Shown here: piece by piece, positions 1-8,839 of the stretch | Numbering within the stretch: position 1 is the first letter of the stretch | Layout: each line of letters begins with the position of its first letter | Origin: Candidatus Saccharimonadota bacterium | Lineage (GTDB): Bacteria > Patescibacteriota > Saccharimonadia > QS-5-54-17 | Reading direction: 5' to 3' | Assembly (NCBI GenBank): GCA_050486185.1 | Contig: JBJHCT010000002.1 | Span: forward strand, 1,623 to 65,622 | DNA: 64,000 bases | Position numbers and translations under genes: made by a program | Notes under the pieces: model-generated | The model's database searches: none | What the model saw: only the letters and a program-made list of their open reading frames with translations | What the model was told of the DNA's origin: nothing

Positions 1-356
1 TAAGAGAGATAATTAATAAATATGAACTTCTAGCTACAGTGGCTGGCCATATGGGTGATGGCAACTTTCACGTTATACCACTGATGGAAATAGAAAAAGA
101 GGAGGAAAGAGCCAAGCTAGAACCAGCCATGCGTGAAGTCAATGAGCTAGTGTTGAGTTATGGTGGCTCACTATCGGGTGAACATAATGACGGTCTGATA
201 CGTGGCCCGTGGCTGAAACAGATGTATGGAGAAGAGGTTTTTAACTACTTTAAACAGGTTAAAAATATTTTCGATCCAGAGAATATCTTCAACCCTCATA
301 AGAAAACCGATGCTACTTGGGAGTACGCCCAAGATCATATAAGGGATAGTTTTTAA
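1..356 (+). CDS. FAD-linked oxidase (GlcD / D-lactate dehydrogenase family), C-terminal part; the 5' end lies outside the window
   Basis: The reading frame is open from nt 3 with no upstream stop. It translates to ...ATVAGHMGDGNFHV...GGSLSGEHNDGLIRG...NIFNPHK, typical of the C-terminal domain of FAD-binding oxidases. Confidence 0.6.
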   Translation, partial: REIINKYELLATVAGHMGDGNFHVIPLMEIEKEEERAKLEPAMREVNELVLSYGGSLSGEHNDGLIRGPWLKQMYGEEVFNYFKQVKNIFDPENIFNPHKKTDATWEYAQDHIRDSF

Positions 357-371
357 TCTAAACTGGAGCCT

Positions 372-1892
372 TTATCTAGGTACAAAATTTAGATAATCTT
401 CGTCACTACCAAATATCACTGGTGAGACAGCGTTTTCAGTCGCCTGGTTCACTTGCCAGACTATATAGTTAGGCCAGTACCAAGTTTCAGAGCTTCTAAT
501 TAGGAAGCTAGTTAGTCCGCCACCTTGCAGCACTAATACCAATGCTATTAAACAGCTAGCAACCTTGAGCTTGAGTCTATCTTTGAATAACCTACTTAAC
601 CCCAGACCCATAATAGCTATGACGCTAGGGATAACCAGTAGTAAATACCGGCCGTTTAAAGCTATTATTCTGCCACTACTGGTATATGAGGAGTAGTTAT
701 TTAGCCACAACACCAAGCAATAAAAGGCTGCTACTGCTAAAATCAGCCATAAATCAGGTCGGTTTCTAAATATTGATCTAGCATAAACAGTAGTAGCTAC
801 TAATCCTAATAAGAAAACAGCCGTAAAGCCTAGACTCATAAGCGGTAGTGGTGAGAAGTTTTGGTACCGATCAACCTCTACGTCTCCGTTAATCATGAAA
901 AACAATCTATACCACATACCGCTATGCCATTTACCGATATGCTCACTTAAACTTGGTGTAAATTCAGGGTCGATATCTTGGTCGTAGTAGTAGTTTCTCT
1001 CATACGGACCAAACTCCATGCACTGTTCATGAGATATAACCTCATCACAGCTAGGCATCAAAGTTTGATACTGGATTAGATTCAGCCCATAGCGCTCAAA
1101 AGCTAGCCCCATTCCTAGCAGCAACAGTAGCGGTAGGAGTAGCTTAGCTTTTGTAGATAGGTTGCCCCAACTAGCCTTCGTAACCTCAGCCATAGAAGCT
1201 AAATTATCTTTAAACTTAACCAATCCATAGATGAGTAAGAAAGCTGCCGTAGCTGCTAGGATAGGCAGTACTGCGTACTTAGTGATTGCAGCAAATACTG
1301 CTACAACAGCTAGTATTAGTAGATTTTTAATAGGTATTTTTTGTTGTTTGAGCTGTTTAGTAATATCAACTGCTAGTACTAACGTCCAAGCCACTAGTAG
1401 AATCAATAGATTATCGTAGTTTATATGGGCAGCTAGCAAAGGCACTATCGGTATGAGAGTAAATAGCAGCAGGCTGATATGGGTTAGGGCTGGTGACACC
1501 TTTAGTTTTAGAAATAGTTTACGGAAAATAACTAAAGCGTAAACAAATATACCGATATTAATCAGTCTGAGGGCGATAATCTGAGCTACCTGGTTATCGG
1601 TAAGCACGTCTAATATACGGTAAGGCCAACTCAATAGATAGTGGAAGAAGTAGGAAGGGTAGCGGTGCATAGCCGCAAAGGCATCAGCCCCTTCCGGGTG
1701 ATCTGGCAAGAACGGAAGCCACTGACTAGCATAAACTTGAATGACTCCAAAGTGGTAAGCTTCATCGAAAGCCATAGGATAAATTGCCGATAGCCCTATC
1801 CATAGAGCTTGAAAGATAAATAGACCTAAAACAATCCAAAAAAACTTAATAGAAGATAGTAGGTTGTAGATAGCTATATGCCAGTTCCTCAT
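372..1892 (-). CDS. Polytopic membrane protein, GT-C-fold glycosyltransferase-like (ArnT/PMT-type)
   Basis: 506 aa with about 12 hydrophobic helices. There is an early extracytoplasmic loop FDEAYHFG (DE motif) followed by aromatic-rich loops, as in GT39/GT83 glycosyltransferases. It lies 14 nt downstream of the LTD gene on the same strand. Confidence 0.4.
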   Translation of the reverse strand: MRNWHIAIYNLLSSIKFFWIVLGLFIFQALWIGLSAIYPMAFDEAYHFGVIQVYASQWLPFLPDHPEGADAFAAMHRYPSYFFHYLLSWPYRILDVLTDNQVAQIIALRLINIGIFVYALVIFRKLFLKLKVSPALTHISLLLFTLIPIVPLLAAHINYDNLLILLVAWTLVLAVDITKQLKQQKIPIKNLLILAVVAVFAAITKYAVLPILAATAAFLLIYGLVKFKDNLASMAEVTKASWGNLSTKAKLLLPLLLLLGMGLAFERYGLNLIQYQTLMPSCDEVISHEQCMEFGPYERNYYYDQDIDPEFTPSLSEHIGKWHSGMWYRLFFMINGDVEVDRYQNFSPLPLMSLGFTAVFLLGLVATTVYARSIFRNRPDLWLILAVAAFYCLVLWLNNYSSYTSSGRIIALNGRYLLLVIPSVIAIMGLGLSRLFKDRLKLKVASCLIALVLVLQGGGLTSFLIRSSETWYWPNYIVWQVNQATENAVSPVIFGSDEDYLNFVPR

Positions 1893-1906
1893 AACTGGTA
1901 TATATT

Positions 1907-3661
1907 CTACCTGTTTTTAGTAATTTTGCGTAAGAGGTGGTGTATATCTCTGCGCCACTCCCAGAGGCCGTAGACTAGGGCTAAAGTAAATATAGTGGCG
2001 GCATACCACCAACTGATTGGTGCGGCTACGTAAGCTGCTCGAACCTCCTCTATATCATTAATAACTTCCTCATTAGGCAAGACTATGTTACGGCACCTGT
2101 TAGTTTCGGGGTTACGTTCTTGATTGGGTCCACAAGGAGTAAGTGAGGAAGTTGTTTCAATATTTCTACATCTGTTAGTTTCAGGATTACGTTCTTGATG
2201 AGGTCCACAAGGAACTAGCTGCCTGGCAGCGGATTCGATATTGCGACACCTATTGGTCTCAGGGTTGCGCTCTCTTCCTGGCCCACAATCAGGCAAGGGT
2301 TCTTCCTCTACTATATTCCTACACCTATTAGTCTCAGAATGTCTGAACTGTCCCTCAGGGCAGGGTCTGCTAGGCTGTTTGATGTTACTTTCCCCAGGGG
2401 TAGGAGAATAGCTCCACTGCCAAAAGAACTCATCATCCATAAATAGCGACCAAGAAGCTCCCTCTGGAATACTCTCTTCATATAAACTACTATCTAGGTT
2501 CATTTCTTCTAGATTTTCTAGATTTAGCTCATCTAGTTCAACATAGTTTTGATCTAGTAGATAAACCTTGCCACTGACTCCTACAGGTAGAGAGATTTTA
2601 CTTTCTTCTTCAAAAAAGGCCATAAACTCTCTAGCCCCTAAGATTAACTCATCATCAAACCAGAATATATCGCTCAAAGAACCGCTATTAACGGATAGAG
2701 TCTGTAAACCACAACCCTCTAGTGATATAGACTCATCTGTTGGATTATGTATCTCTATAAAGGCGTGTTCTTCTCTAGGAAACTGACTGCGAGGCCCTTT
2801 GGGGTTTGGAAGTAGCTCTGATAATATAACCCCTTCACAGTAGGTGGTGGGTTGCTCATCTAGACCTTCCTCGTCGGTATCACCTTCTTGATTATTGCCA
2901 TTATCGTCATCACCATCATCAGTATCATCACCGTTTTCTGGCTCTAAACAATCATAAGACTCTTTGGGTCTAGGTTGAGAGCTGATAGCAAAATCCAAAG
3001 AGTTATCTTCTTGATTAAATATCTCACCATCTTCTAAGAAACAACGGTGCAGGGATTGATCTCTATCCAATGTCAAAGCTGCTTCAACCAAAGGGGAGTC
3101 GGCACCGCCCCAACCTAGTAGATCAACAATCAGCCAACTACCATTTTGCTGTTGGTCTGGTTTAATCAGCCGTAGATGTCCGCCGCTATCGGCTAAACCA
3201 GCCCCGCTAAGCAGTAACTCAACATCGATACCGGGGTTTTTGTCTACAAACTCCTCAGTAGCAATTAGAAAGAAAGAGTTGGGCTCAATAGAGTAGGTAG
3301 CTTCTCCAGATTGGTTTGAGCTAATGCGATTGCTCCAGTTTGTACCGGTTGCTGCCTTGTACTCTAACCGCCACTCGGTTAGATCGATAACCTCATCGGT
3401 AGCATTATATAGCTCTACAAATTCGTATAAAGCATCATCCTCGCTACCGGTTTGAACCTCGCTAATTAATACAGAAGCATTAGGTGAGAACTCCCATTCC
3501 TGCGCATCGCTTTCAGCCGATACACTAACAGGCCAACTCCAAACCAAGCTAACAACAATCAATCCCAAAACTTTAAATAAACACATTATCTCTTCCAACC
3601 TCAAACTTTGAGTACCATCATAAAGTCTGTATTTAGATTTTGCAAACATTTGTTTATTCAA
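1907..3661 (-). CDS. Secreted, C-terminally membrane-anchored protein with two lamin-tail domains (LTD), an acidic Asp-rich linker and four tandem Cys-containing repeats
   Basis: Signal peptide (LGLIVVSLVWSWPVSVSA|ESD; the true start is probably the internal Met at about nt 3586). LTD signatures appear twice: VLISEVQTG...YEFVELYNATDEVIDLTEWRL and VILSELLPNP...AFIEIHNPTDESISLEGCGL. This is followed by a DDTDDGDDDNGNN linker, four PCGPxxERNPETNRCRNI repeats, and a C-terminal TM helix WWYAATIFTLALVYGLW. It overlaps the ComEC stop by 8 nt. Confidence 0.55.
   Translation of the reverse strand: MNKQMFAKSKYRLYDGTQSLRLEEIMCLFKVLGLIVVSLVWSWPVSVSAESDAQEWEFSPNASVLISEVQTGSEDDALYEFVELYNATDEVIDLTEWRLEYKAATGTNWSNRISSNQSGEATYSIEPNSFFLIATEEFVDKNPGIDVELLLSGAGLADSGGHLRLIKPDQQQNGSWLIVDLLGWGGADSPLVEAALTLDRDQSLHRCFLEDGEIFNQEDNSLDFAISSQPRPKESYDCLEPENGDDTDDGDDDNGNNQEGDTDEEGLDEQPTTYCEGVILSELLPNPKGPRSQFPREEHAFIEIHNPTDESISLEGCGLQTLSVNSGSLSDIFWFDDELILGAREFMAFFEEESKISLPVGVSGKVYLLDQNYVELDELNLENLEEMNLDSSLYEESIPEGASWSLFMDDEFFWQWSYSPTPGESNIKQPSRPCPEGQFRHSETNRCRNIVEEEPLPDCGPGRERNPETNRCRNIESAARQLVPCGPHQERNPETNRCRNIETTSSLTPCGPNQERNPETNRCRNIVLPNEEVINDIEEVRAAYVAAPISWWYAATIFTLALVYGLWEWRRDIHHLLRKITKNR
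2088..2355 (-). repeat. Four tandem coding repeats of about 75-81 nt inside the LTD gene (ERNPETNRCRNI units)
   Basis: Near-identical DNA segments ...tctgttagtttcagg/gggttacgttcttga... start at about 2088, 2166, 2240 and 2322 on the plus strand. Confidence 0.7.
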
Positions 3662-5120
3662 CCGGATTCTCTTGACGCAAGTTATATCCAGTAACTTTTA
3701 AGAGGTAAATAATGAGGACTAATATCAAAAAGTAGCTCAAGGCTAGATGTGTTGAGTTAAAAACTATCTCGTTATAGGCTATTTGTTGAGCAGCCAGCCA
3801 GTCACTAATTTGGTTGATATAACTTAGGATAATGTAGCTAGGCATACCAACAAAAACACCTAAAGCACTAGAAACCGTAGCTACTAGACCGCTAGCAGCA
3901 GTCAGTAGCATCACTATCGGCACTAGCGGCAAGATTAACAAGTTGGATGCTAGAGCTAATGGCGAATAATGACCAAAAGTGTAGGCGATGATAGGGAAGG
4001 TAGTAATTTGAGCTGAGGTAGTAGCAAGGACTATGTAGCGAAACATTCCTGGTTCAGTTCCGCCCCAAAAGTAGCTATTTAGTAGTGGTGCTAGGATAAT
4101 AACTCCAGCAAAAGCTGTGAAAGATAGAAACCAGCCGACATCACCCCATATAGAGCTAGGATCAATCACCACTGTTATAGCTGCTACAAATAAGAGTAAG
4201 ACTAGAGGATGAAAACTGCGTCCATAATACCAAGCTAGCAGGCTCAAGCCACTGACTAGAGCTGCTCTAGTCATAGAGGTACTAAAACCGGTAACTAATA
4301 AAAAGCCGAAAATACCGATAAAGCTCATCAGTGTAGCTAAGTATTTGGATAATCTCATGAAGCTTCTGCGCAAGTATTTAACCACGATACTTAAGTGAAA
4401 ACCGCTAGCAACCACTATATGAGCTAGCCCTAGGATACGCAGCCGCTCCAGTAAGTCACTCGGCAGTAGTTGCCTCTGTCCAAACAAAAAGCTAATTCCT
4501 AGTAGCGACTCAGGTTCAGGGATAGCTTCTTGGATGCGATCGGCAAAAAAGTCGCGGGCCCTTCGAGCTATATCACCAGGAATAGGTCTATAGATATCAA
4601 CTAGTTCTGCGCGGAAGATTGAGGCTGATAAATTACCAAAACCTTCTTCTAAATTGCCTTGAATAGATACAATATCACCTCTTTTAATCTCTAGATCTGT
4701 GCTTAAACTCACCCATATATCCCCTGGTAGTTTAGTAGAATCAATCGTAACTCTATCTAGACGCAGACTCATATTTCTGCCACTAACAGTGCCGGTGTCA
4801 TCAGCTACTCGTGCTTCTAGGCTGACAAAATTTCCATAATATTGTTCATATCCCAACATCTCATACTGTTGATTAGCACCTAAGAAAAGCCCAACTAATA
4901 CACCACCGGCTAAAAATATAGGCAACATCAAAACACGAGAGTTGAAGAAGCCAGCAATAATCAAAGAAAGAGCTACAACTAACCACTGAATAGAATAAAA
5001 ACTGTCGGGAGGTACTACTAGAATAGAGGCTACTCCGGCCAAAATCCCTAGTGAGATGGTAGCTATGGCCCAAGAGGGGTGAAGTCTGCGCTTGATTACA
5101 AACCCAATCTTATCAATCAC
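3654..5120 (-). CDS. comEC: ComEC/Rec2 DNA internalisation channel with DUF4131 OB-fold and competence domain, no beta-lactamase domain
   Basis: 488 aa. N-terminal TM helices, an OB-fold-like segment (GNFVSLEARV...GDIWVSL...RGDIVSIQG), then the competence-domain signature LLGISFLFGQRQLLPSDLLERLRILGLAHIVVASGFHLSIV and further TM helices. The protein ends without a metallo-beta-lactamase domain. It overlaps the neighbouring genes by 8 nt on each side. Confidence 0.75.
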   Translation of the reverse strand: MIDKIGFVIKRRLHPSWAIATISLGILAGVASILVVPPDSFYSIQWLVVALSLIIAGFFNSRVLMLPIFLAGGVLVGLFLGANQQYEMLGYEQYYGNFVSLEARVADDTGTVSGRNMSLRLDRVTIDSTKLPGDIWVSLSTDLEIKRGDIVSIQGNLEEGFGNLSASIFRAELVDIYRPIPGDIARRARDFFADRIQEAIPEPESLLGISFLFGQRQLLPSDLLERLRILGLAHIVVASGFHLSIVVKYLRRSFMRLSKYLATLMSFIGIFGFLLVTGFSTSMTRAALVSGLSLLAWYYGRSFHPLVLLLFVAAITVVIDPSSIWGDVGWFLSFTAFAGVIILAPLLNSYFWGGTEPGMFRYIVLATTSAQITTFPIIAYTFGHYSPLALASNLLILPLVPIVMLLTAASGLVATVSSALGVFVGMPSYIILSYINQISDWLAAQQIAYNEIVFNSTHLALSYFLILVLIIYLLKVTGYNLRQENPVE

Positions 5121-5880
5121 TTATAGCCCCTCTTTCAACCGGCAGTACTTGCAGAGGACAAGTATCCAGTACTTGCTCCATAGCCTGCTTTTCCTTTGGT
5201 CTAACCCAAAGCTCGTACTTGAGCTTAACTGCTATTTGCCTAGCTATATATAGGCATTGATATTCTTGTGGTGGCAGCCAATCGGCTGCATCTTTATCAC
5301 CCTTAGCCATATTAGCCGGACCATCGATAGCAACTAGATTTAAGGGATCGTTATAGAATCTATGCCTTTGCTCATAACTTAGATCTTGGGCACCTTTAAT
5401 CCAAGCATCAGAGACCGCTACTAGGTGCTCTATATGTATATCACCGCTTGTATCTGGTCCACGAACAAACTCGATGCGAGTAAGGGTGAAGGGGTCACGT
5501 TCTAACACACCTGATAAGACGGTGCAGTTATCCTCATCTAAAACTATATCTACTAAATCGCGTTGCAAAATCCTATTCCTCATATCGCAACCACCAACAG
5601 TAGTCCAGCTGGAGCTGAAGTTATCTCGGCTATAGTCATCACGCGAGACAGCCTCAGCTACTGCTAGTTGGCCCAAGGCCTCTTTAGCTAATACTAAAGA
5701 GTCATCTTGTTCGATCTCTTCTATAGATAGACCTTGGTGGCTGCTTTGAGACATTAATCGCTGCTGATTGATGTGGTTGATAAATAAACCAACAGCTACA
5801 ACCGCAGCTATGACAACTAGCAATAAAAATCTGCGACGATGGTAAACTCTCTCTGTTTTATCCAAGAAACTATCCTTCAA
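5113..5880 (-). CDS. Membrane-anchored extracytoplasmic nuclease, His-Me finger / DUF1524 (GmrSD C-terminal-like) family
   Basis: N-terminal signal-anchor (FLLLVVIAAVVAVGLFI). The motifs SWTTVGGCDMRNRILQRD...IHIEHLVAVSDAWIKGA...RHRFYNDPLNLVAIDGPANMAKGDKDAADWLPPQEYQCLYIARQIAVKLKYEL match the DUF1524 HNH-like nuclease pattern (DxDH...W..GA...R..FANDP.NL.AV...N.SKGD....WLPP..Y.C.Y). It is first in the operon with comEC. Confidence 0.5.
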   Translation of the reverse strand: MKDSFLDKTERVYHRRRFLLLVVIAAVVAVGLFINHINQQRLMSQSSHQGLSIEEIEQDDSLVLAKEALGQLAVAEAVSRDDYSRDNFSSSWTTVGGCDMRNRILQRDLVDIVLDEDNCTVLSGVLERDPFTLTRIEFVRGPDTSGDIHIEHLVAVSDAWIKGAQDLSYEQRHRFYNDPLNLVAIDGPANMAKGDKDAADWLPPQEYQCLYIARQIAVKLKYELWVRPKEKQAMEQVLDTCPLQVLPVERGAISD

Positions 5881-6011
5881 AACACCTTTAACAACAAACT
5901 GACATTGCTTGCTAACTTAGCATTCATAACTCAAAACTTGCAAGCATTGCTAAAGATAAATGGTTATGGTATGGTCTGGAATATATAGCTTAATAATTAG
6001 ATAAAACAAAA

Positions 6012-6596
6012 ATGTCGACTATTGAAGCAGCATCAACTTTAACCAGATCTTATGAAAGAGAGGTTGCTACAGGTGAGTCGATACTTTTAGCAGACGCTAG
6101 ATCACAGGCTTTACGAGAACTTGAAGATAGCTTGCCGATTAGAAATTCTAACTTAGTAGTTCCTGAAACAGTGCCTAAAAACGCAGACGATCTCTTGCTG
6201 TTTGTAGAAACCCAGGCCATAAATAGCACTAGAGAGTCGGTCTGTAGATATGTTAGAGATAAGATGCAAAGATATAAGGTTGGACAAACAGCTTTAGGTA
6301 GTAGGGAAGAAGCTGAGCTAAATATACTACCTCTATCTGGCAGACTAGATACAGCACTATTATTGCAGTCTGCTAGTTGGTTTGGCTTTAGGTACTTTCA
6401 CGATGTTAACTCTCCGATTATTCGTAAACTAGATGAACTGGATTTAAGAACAGCTGTAGATGGAGATCACCGCGTTCAGCAGAACGGACTAGTATTAAGA
6501 GCTTTACTATCTACTCTAGAATCGATAGAGATGGATTTAACACCACTAGCTAGAGCCCAAGGGGCGCAAGCTCTGGGTTATAGGTCTAGCTTTTAA
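6012..6596 (+). CDS. Hypothetical protein (soluble, 194 aa)
   Basis: Long ORF with no recognisable motif; divergent from the nuclease gene. Confidence 0.35.
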   Translation: MSTIEAASTLTRSYEREVATGESILLADARSQALRELEDSLPIRNSNLVVPETVPKNADDLLLFVETQAINSTRESVCRYVRDKMQRYKVGQTALGSREEAELNILPLSGRLDTALLLQSASWFGFRYFHDVNSPIIRKLDELDLRTAVDGDHRVQQNGLVLRALLSTLESIEMDLTPLARAQGAQALGYRSSF

Positions 6597-6629
6597 TTAT
6601 TACTCTTTCAGATTACACTATTTGAATAA

Positions 6630-6721
<92 letters not shown>

Positions 6722-6797
6722 ATTTATCAAAGACTAAATCTAAAAGATTAGAGTCAGACTGTTCCGGTTATTGTTTTAATTTGCTAAAATTTAAACA

Positions 6798-7319
6798 ATG
6801 AGAATAAGACGAATTGCAAGTAAAATTCGAGGATCAATATTTTTATTCGGCATCTCCATCCTCAGTTTACTGAAGGTACCCGCAGTTTTTGCAGATATAC
6901 CTGGGAACGTACGAGACCCTAAGAATCCTTACCCTCATATGAATCCGGATCCTGCATTAAATTATGGACAAGTTTCTACCTATGTTTTATTAACTTTAGC
7001 TTTAGAGCTTCCAATATTCTACCTTCTAGGTTTTAAGTCAAAAAAAGCACTGGGGCTTGTGGCGATAGTAAATATTATTAGTGTTTCCGCTTTTCATATT
7101 CTTAACTTCACCCTTAATGTAGAGCTCTTCTACGGTGTTGGTTTATTGATTGCTGAACTATTAATAATTATTTTCGAATTCTCACTGCTAGCGATGTTCT
7201 TGAGAAAAGAAATAGCAATTAAGAAAATAATAATCGCCACGGTAGTAGCAAATACTGTCTCTGCGCTAATTGGCATATTTATTATCAATATTATTTTTGA
7301 TGCAATAGGACTATTCTAG
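6798..7319 (+). CDS. Hypothetical integral membrane protein (173 aa, about 4 TM helices)
   Basis: Hydrophobic helices and an AT-rich gene immediately downstream of the tRNA. Confidence 0.4.
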   Translation: MRIRRIASKIRGSIFLFGISILSLLKVPAVFADIPGNVRDPKNPYPHMNPDPALNYGQVSTYVLLTLALELPIFYLLGFKSKKALGLVAIVNIISVSAFHILNFTLNVELFYGVGLLIAELLIIIFEFSLLAMFLRKEIAIKKIIIATVVANTVSALIGIFIINIIFDAIGLF

Positions 7320-7321
7320 AT

Positions 7322-8311
7322 GTGATTAACCGGCGGCTAGCGATAATACTGCTTTTGTCTATCCCCATAATTATTCTGTCGGTGGTATTGATTAAAGACT
7401 TCGACAAAGACATTACTAATAGAAACTTTAGCGAACGGATGGCATTAGATTTTTATGCTGAGTGCGACAGTGGAGTCGATATGCATCGCGTTTACTGCCT
7501 TGAGGTTAAAATTATCTCCTATATATCTAGTTTTCCTGCAGAAACAGGGAATGTCTTTGCAACTTTTTGGGAAACAGGTAAAAGCGGAAAATTATCAGAC
7601 GATATGCGAATCTTTTCTGATATAGCACATAAAGCAGGAATGGTACTAGCAAACAGCGACATATCTTTAGATAAAGCTTTATCTTTTTGCGGCACAACCT
7701 TTAAGCAAGGCTGTATTCACGGAGTAATTATGGAGTATATAGACAACAAATATCCCTCTGAAATCGAAGCTTCTACATTGTTTGATTTTTGTGGCACAGT
7801 CTCTGATGAAAACTATATTATTTATATAAACTGTTTGCATGGGGTAGGGCATATACTAGCTGCAAAAAGCAGAGATTCAATCCAGTCAATTCTGGGTCTA
7901 TGTGATCCTCTATCTGCCGAGGAAAGCTTTGCCTGCGCAAGTGGAGTTCTTATGGAATACTCAAAAGGTACCGCAGGTTCTGGTGCGCATGCGCATACGC
8001 CGGTTGGCAAAAAGGAGCTGCCCTGTGTAGAGCTCGACGATGAGTATAAGTCGGTTTGCTATGCGAGCGCCGGTTCATACAGGCAATACCAGCCTGGTCA
8101 AGAGGATTTTAGTAAAAGCTATAACTTTTGTCTTAATAGTCCAGAGGAGTATATCGATGACTGTTTGATTGGATTGTCTGAACGAGCAATTTTGGCTTCG
8201 GCGGAAAATCAAGAAAAATTAAACGATATTTGTGCGGAAATTGAAAATCAAGATGCAAGATTTGCGTGTGTTGACTCAATTCAAAAATTACTCGAAATAC
8301 CATACCTCTAA
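7322..8311 (+). CDS. Membrane-anchored Cys-rich protein with about 6 internal C-x(7-12)-C-(x)-G modules
   Basis: N-terminal TM helix. Repeated units FCGTTFKQGCIHGVIMEY / FCGTVSDENYIIYINCLHGVGHIL / LCDPLSAEESFACASGVLMEY / PCVELDDEYKSVCYASAGSY / FCLNSPEEYIDDCLIGL / ICAEIENQDARFACVDS. The start codon abuts the upstream stop. Confidence 0.45.
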   Translation: MINRRLAIILLLSIPIIILSVVLIKDFDKDITNRNFSERMALDFYAECDSGVDMHRVYCLEVKIISYISSFPAETGNVFATFWETGKSGKLSDDMRIFSDIAHKAGMVLANSDISLDKALSFCGTTFKQGCIHGVIMEYIDNKYPSEIEASTLFDFCGTVSDENYIIYINCLHGVGHILAAKSRDSIQSILGLCDPLSAEESFACASGVLMEYSKGTAGSGAHAHTPVGKKELPCVELDDEYKSVCYASAGSYRQYQPGQEDFSKSYNFCLNSPEEYIDDCLIGLSERAILASAENQEKLNDICAEIENQDARFACVDSIQKLLEIPYL

Positions 8312-8599
8312 TCTTTTAGAGTTAACCTGATAAATTAAAGGTGCAGCTACGAATTTTTACTTCTATCCCTTGAACTGGGGATAGAAAAGAAAGCAAAACG
8401 ACAAGTAGACTCTTGTTCTAGTGAGCGCACTTTAGCGATTTCTCCCATAACCAAAGAATAGCTAGAAGTTTGCGCAGCATAAGGCCAATTGCTACAATGT
8501 GACTACAAAGTTTTTAGATAAAACTAACTAATTGTAATTAAGCCTCAGTCAATCAAAAAGAAAATATTATCAAGACACAAAACTAATTAACAATCCTAT

Positions 8600-8812
8600 A
8601 TGATACATAGAAGCCAGAAATTAACCCCCTTTAAGCAGACACTTTTTACCCTGTTAATTGGCCTATCTGTTGTTGCATTTTGGAGAGGTGCTTGGGGAAT
8701 TATGGATGCTTATTTGCTCCCAAATAATCATGAACTAAGTTCATGGGTTTCGATCATAATTGGATTAGCTATCTTATACATAACTCATTATTGGACAAAA
8801 GAGTTGGCCTAA
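8600..8812 (+). CDS. Small two-TM membrane protein (70 aa)
   Basis: Hydrophobic ORF after a 288-nt noncoding gap. Confidence 0.3.
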   Translation: MIHRSQKLTPFKQTLFTLLIGLSVVAFWRGAWGIMDAYLLPNNHELSSWVSIIIGLAILYITHYWTKELA

Positions 8813-8839
8813 AATCAACAACTGATAATGGCTTAGTAT

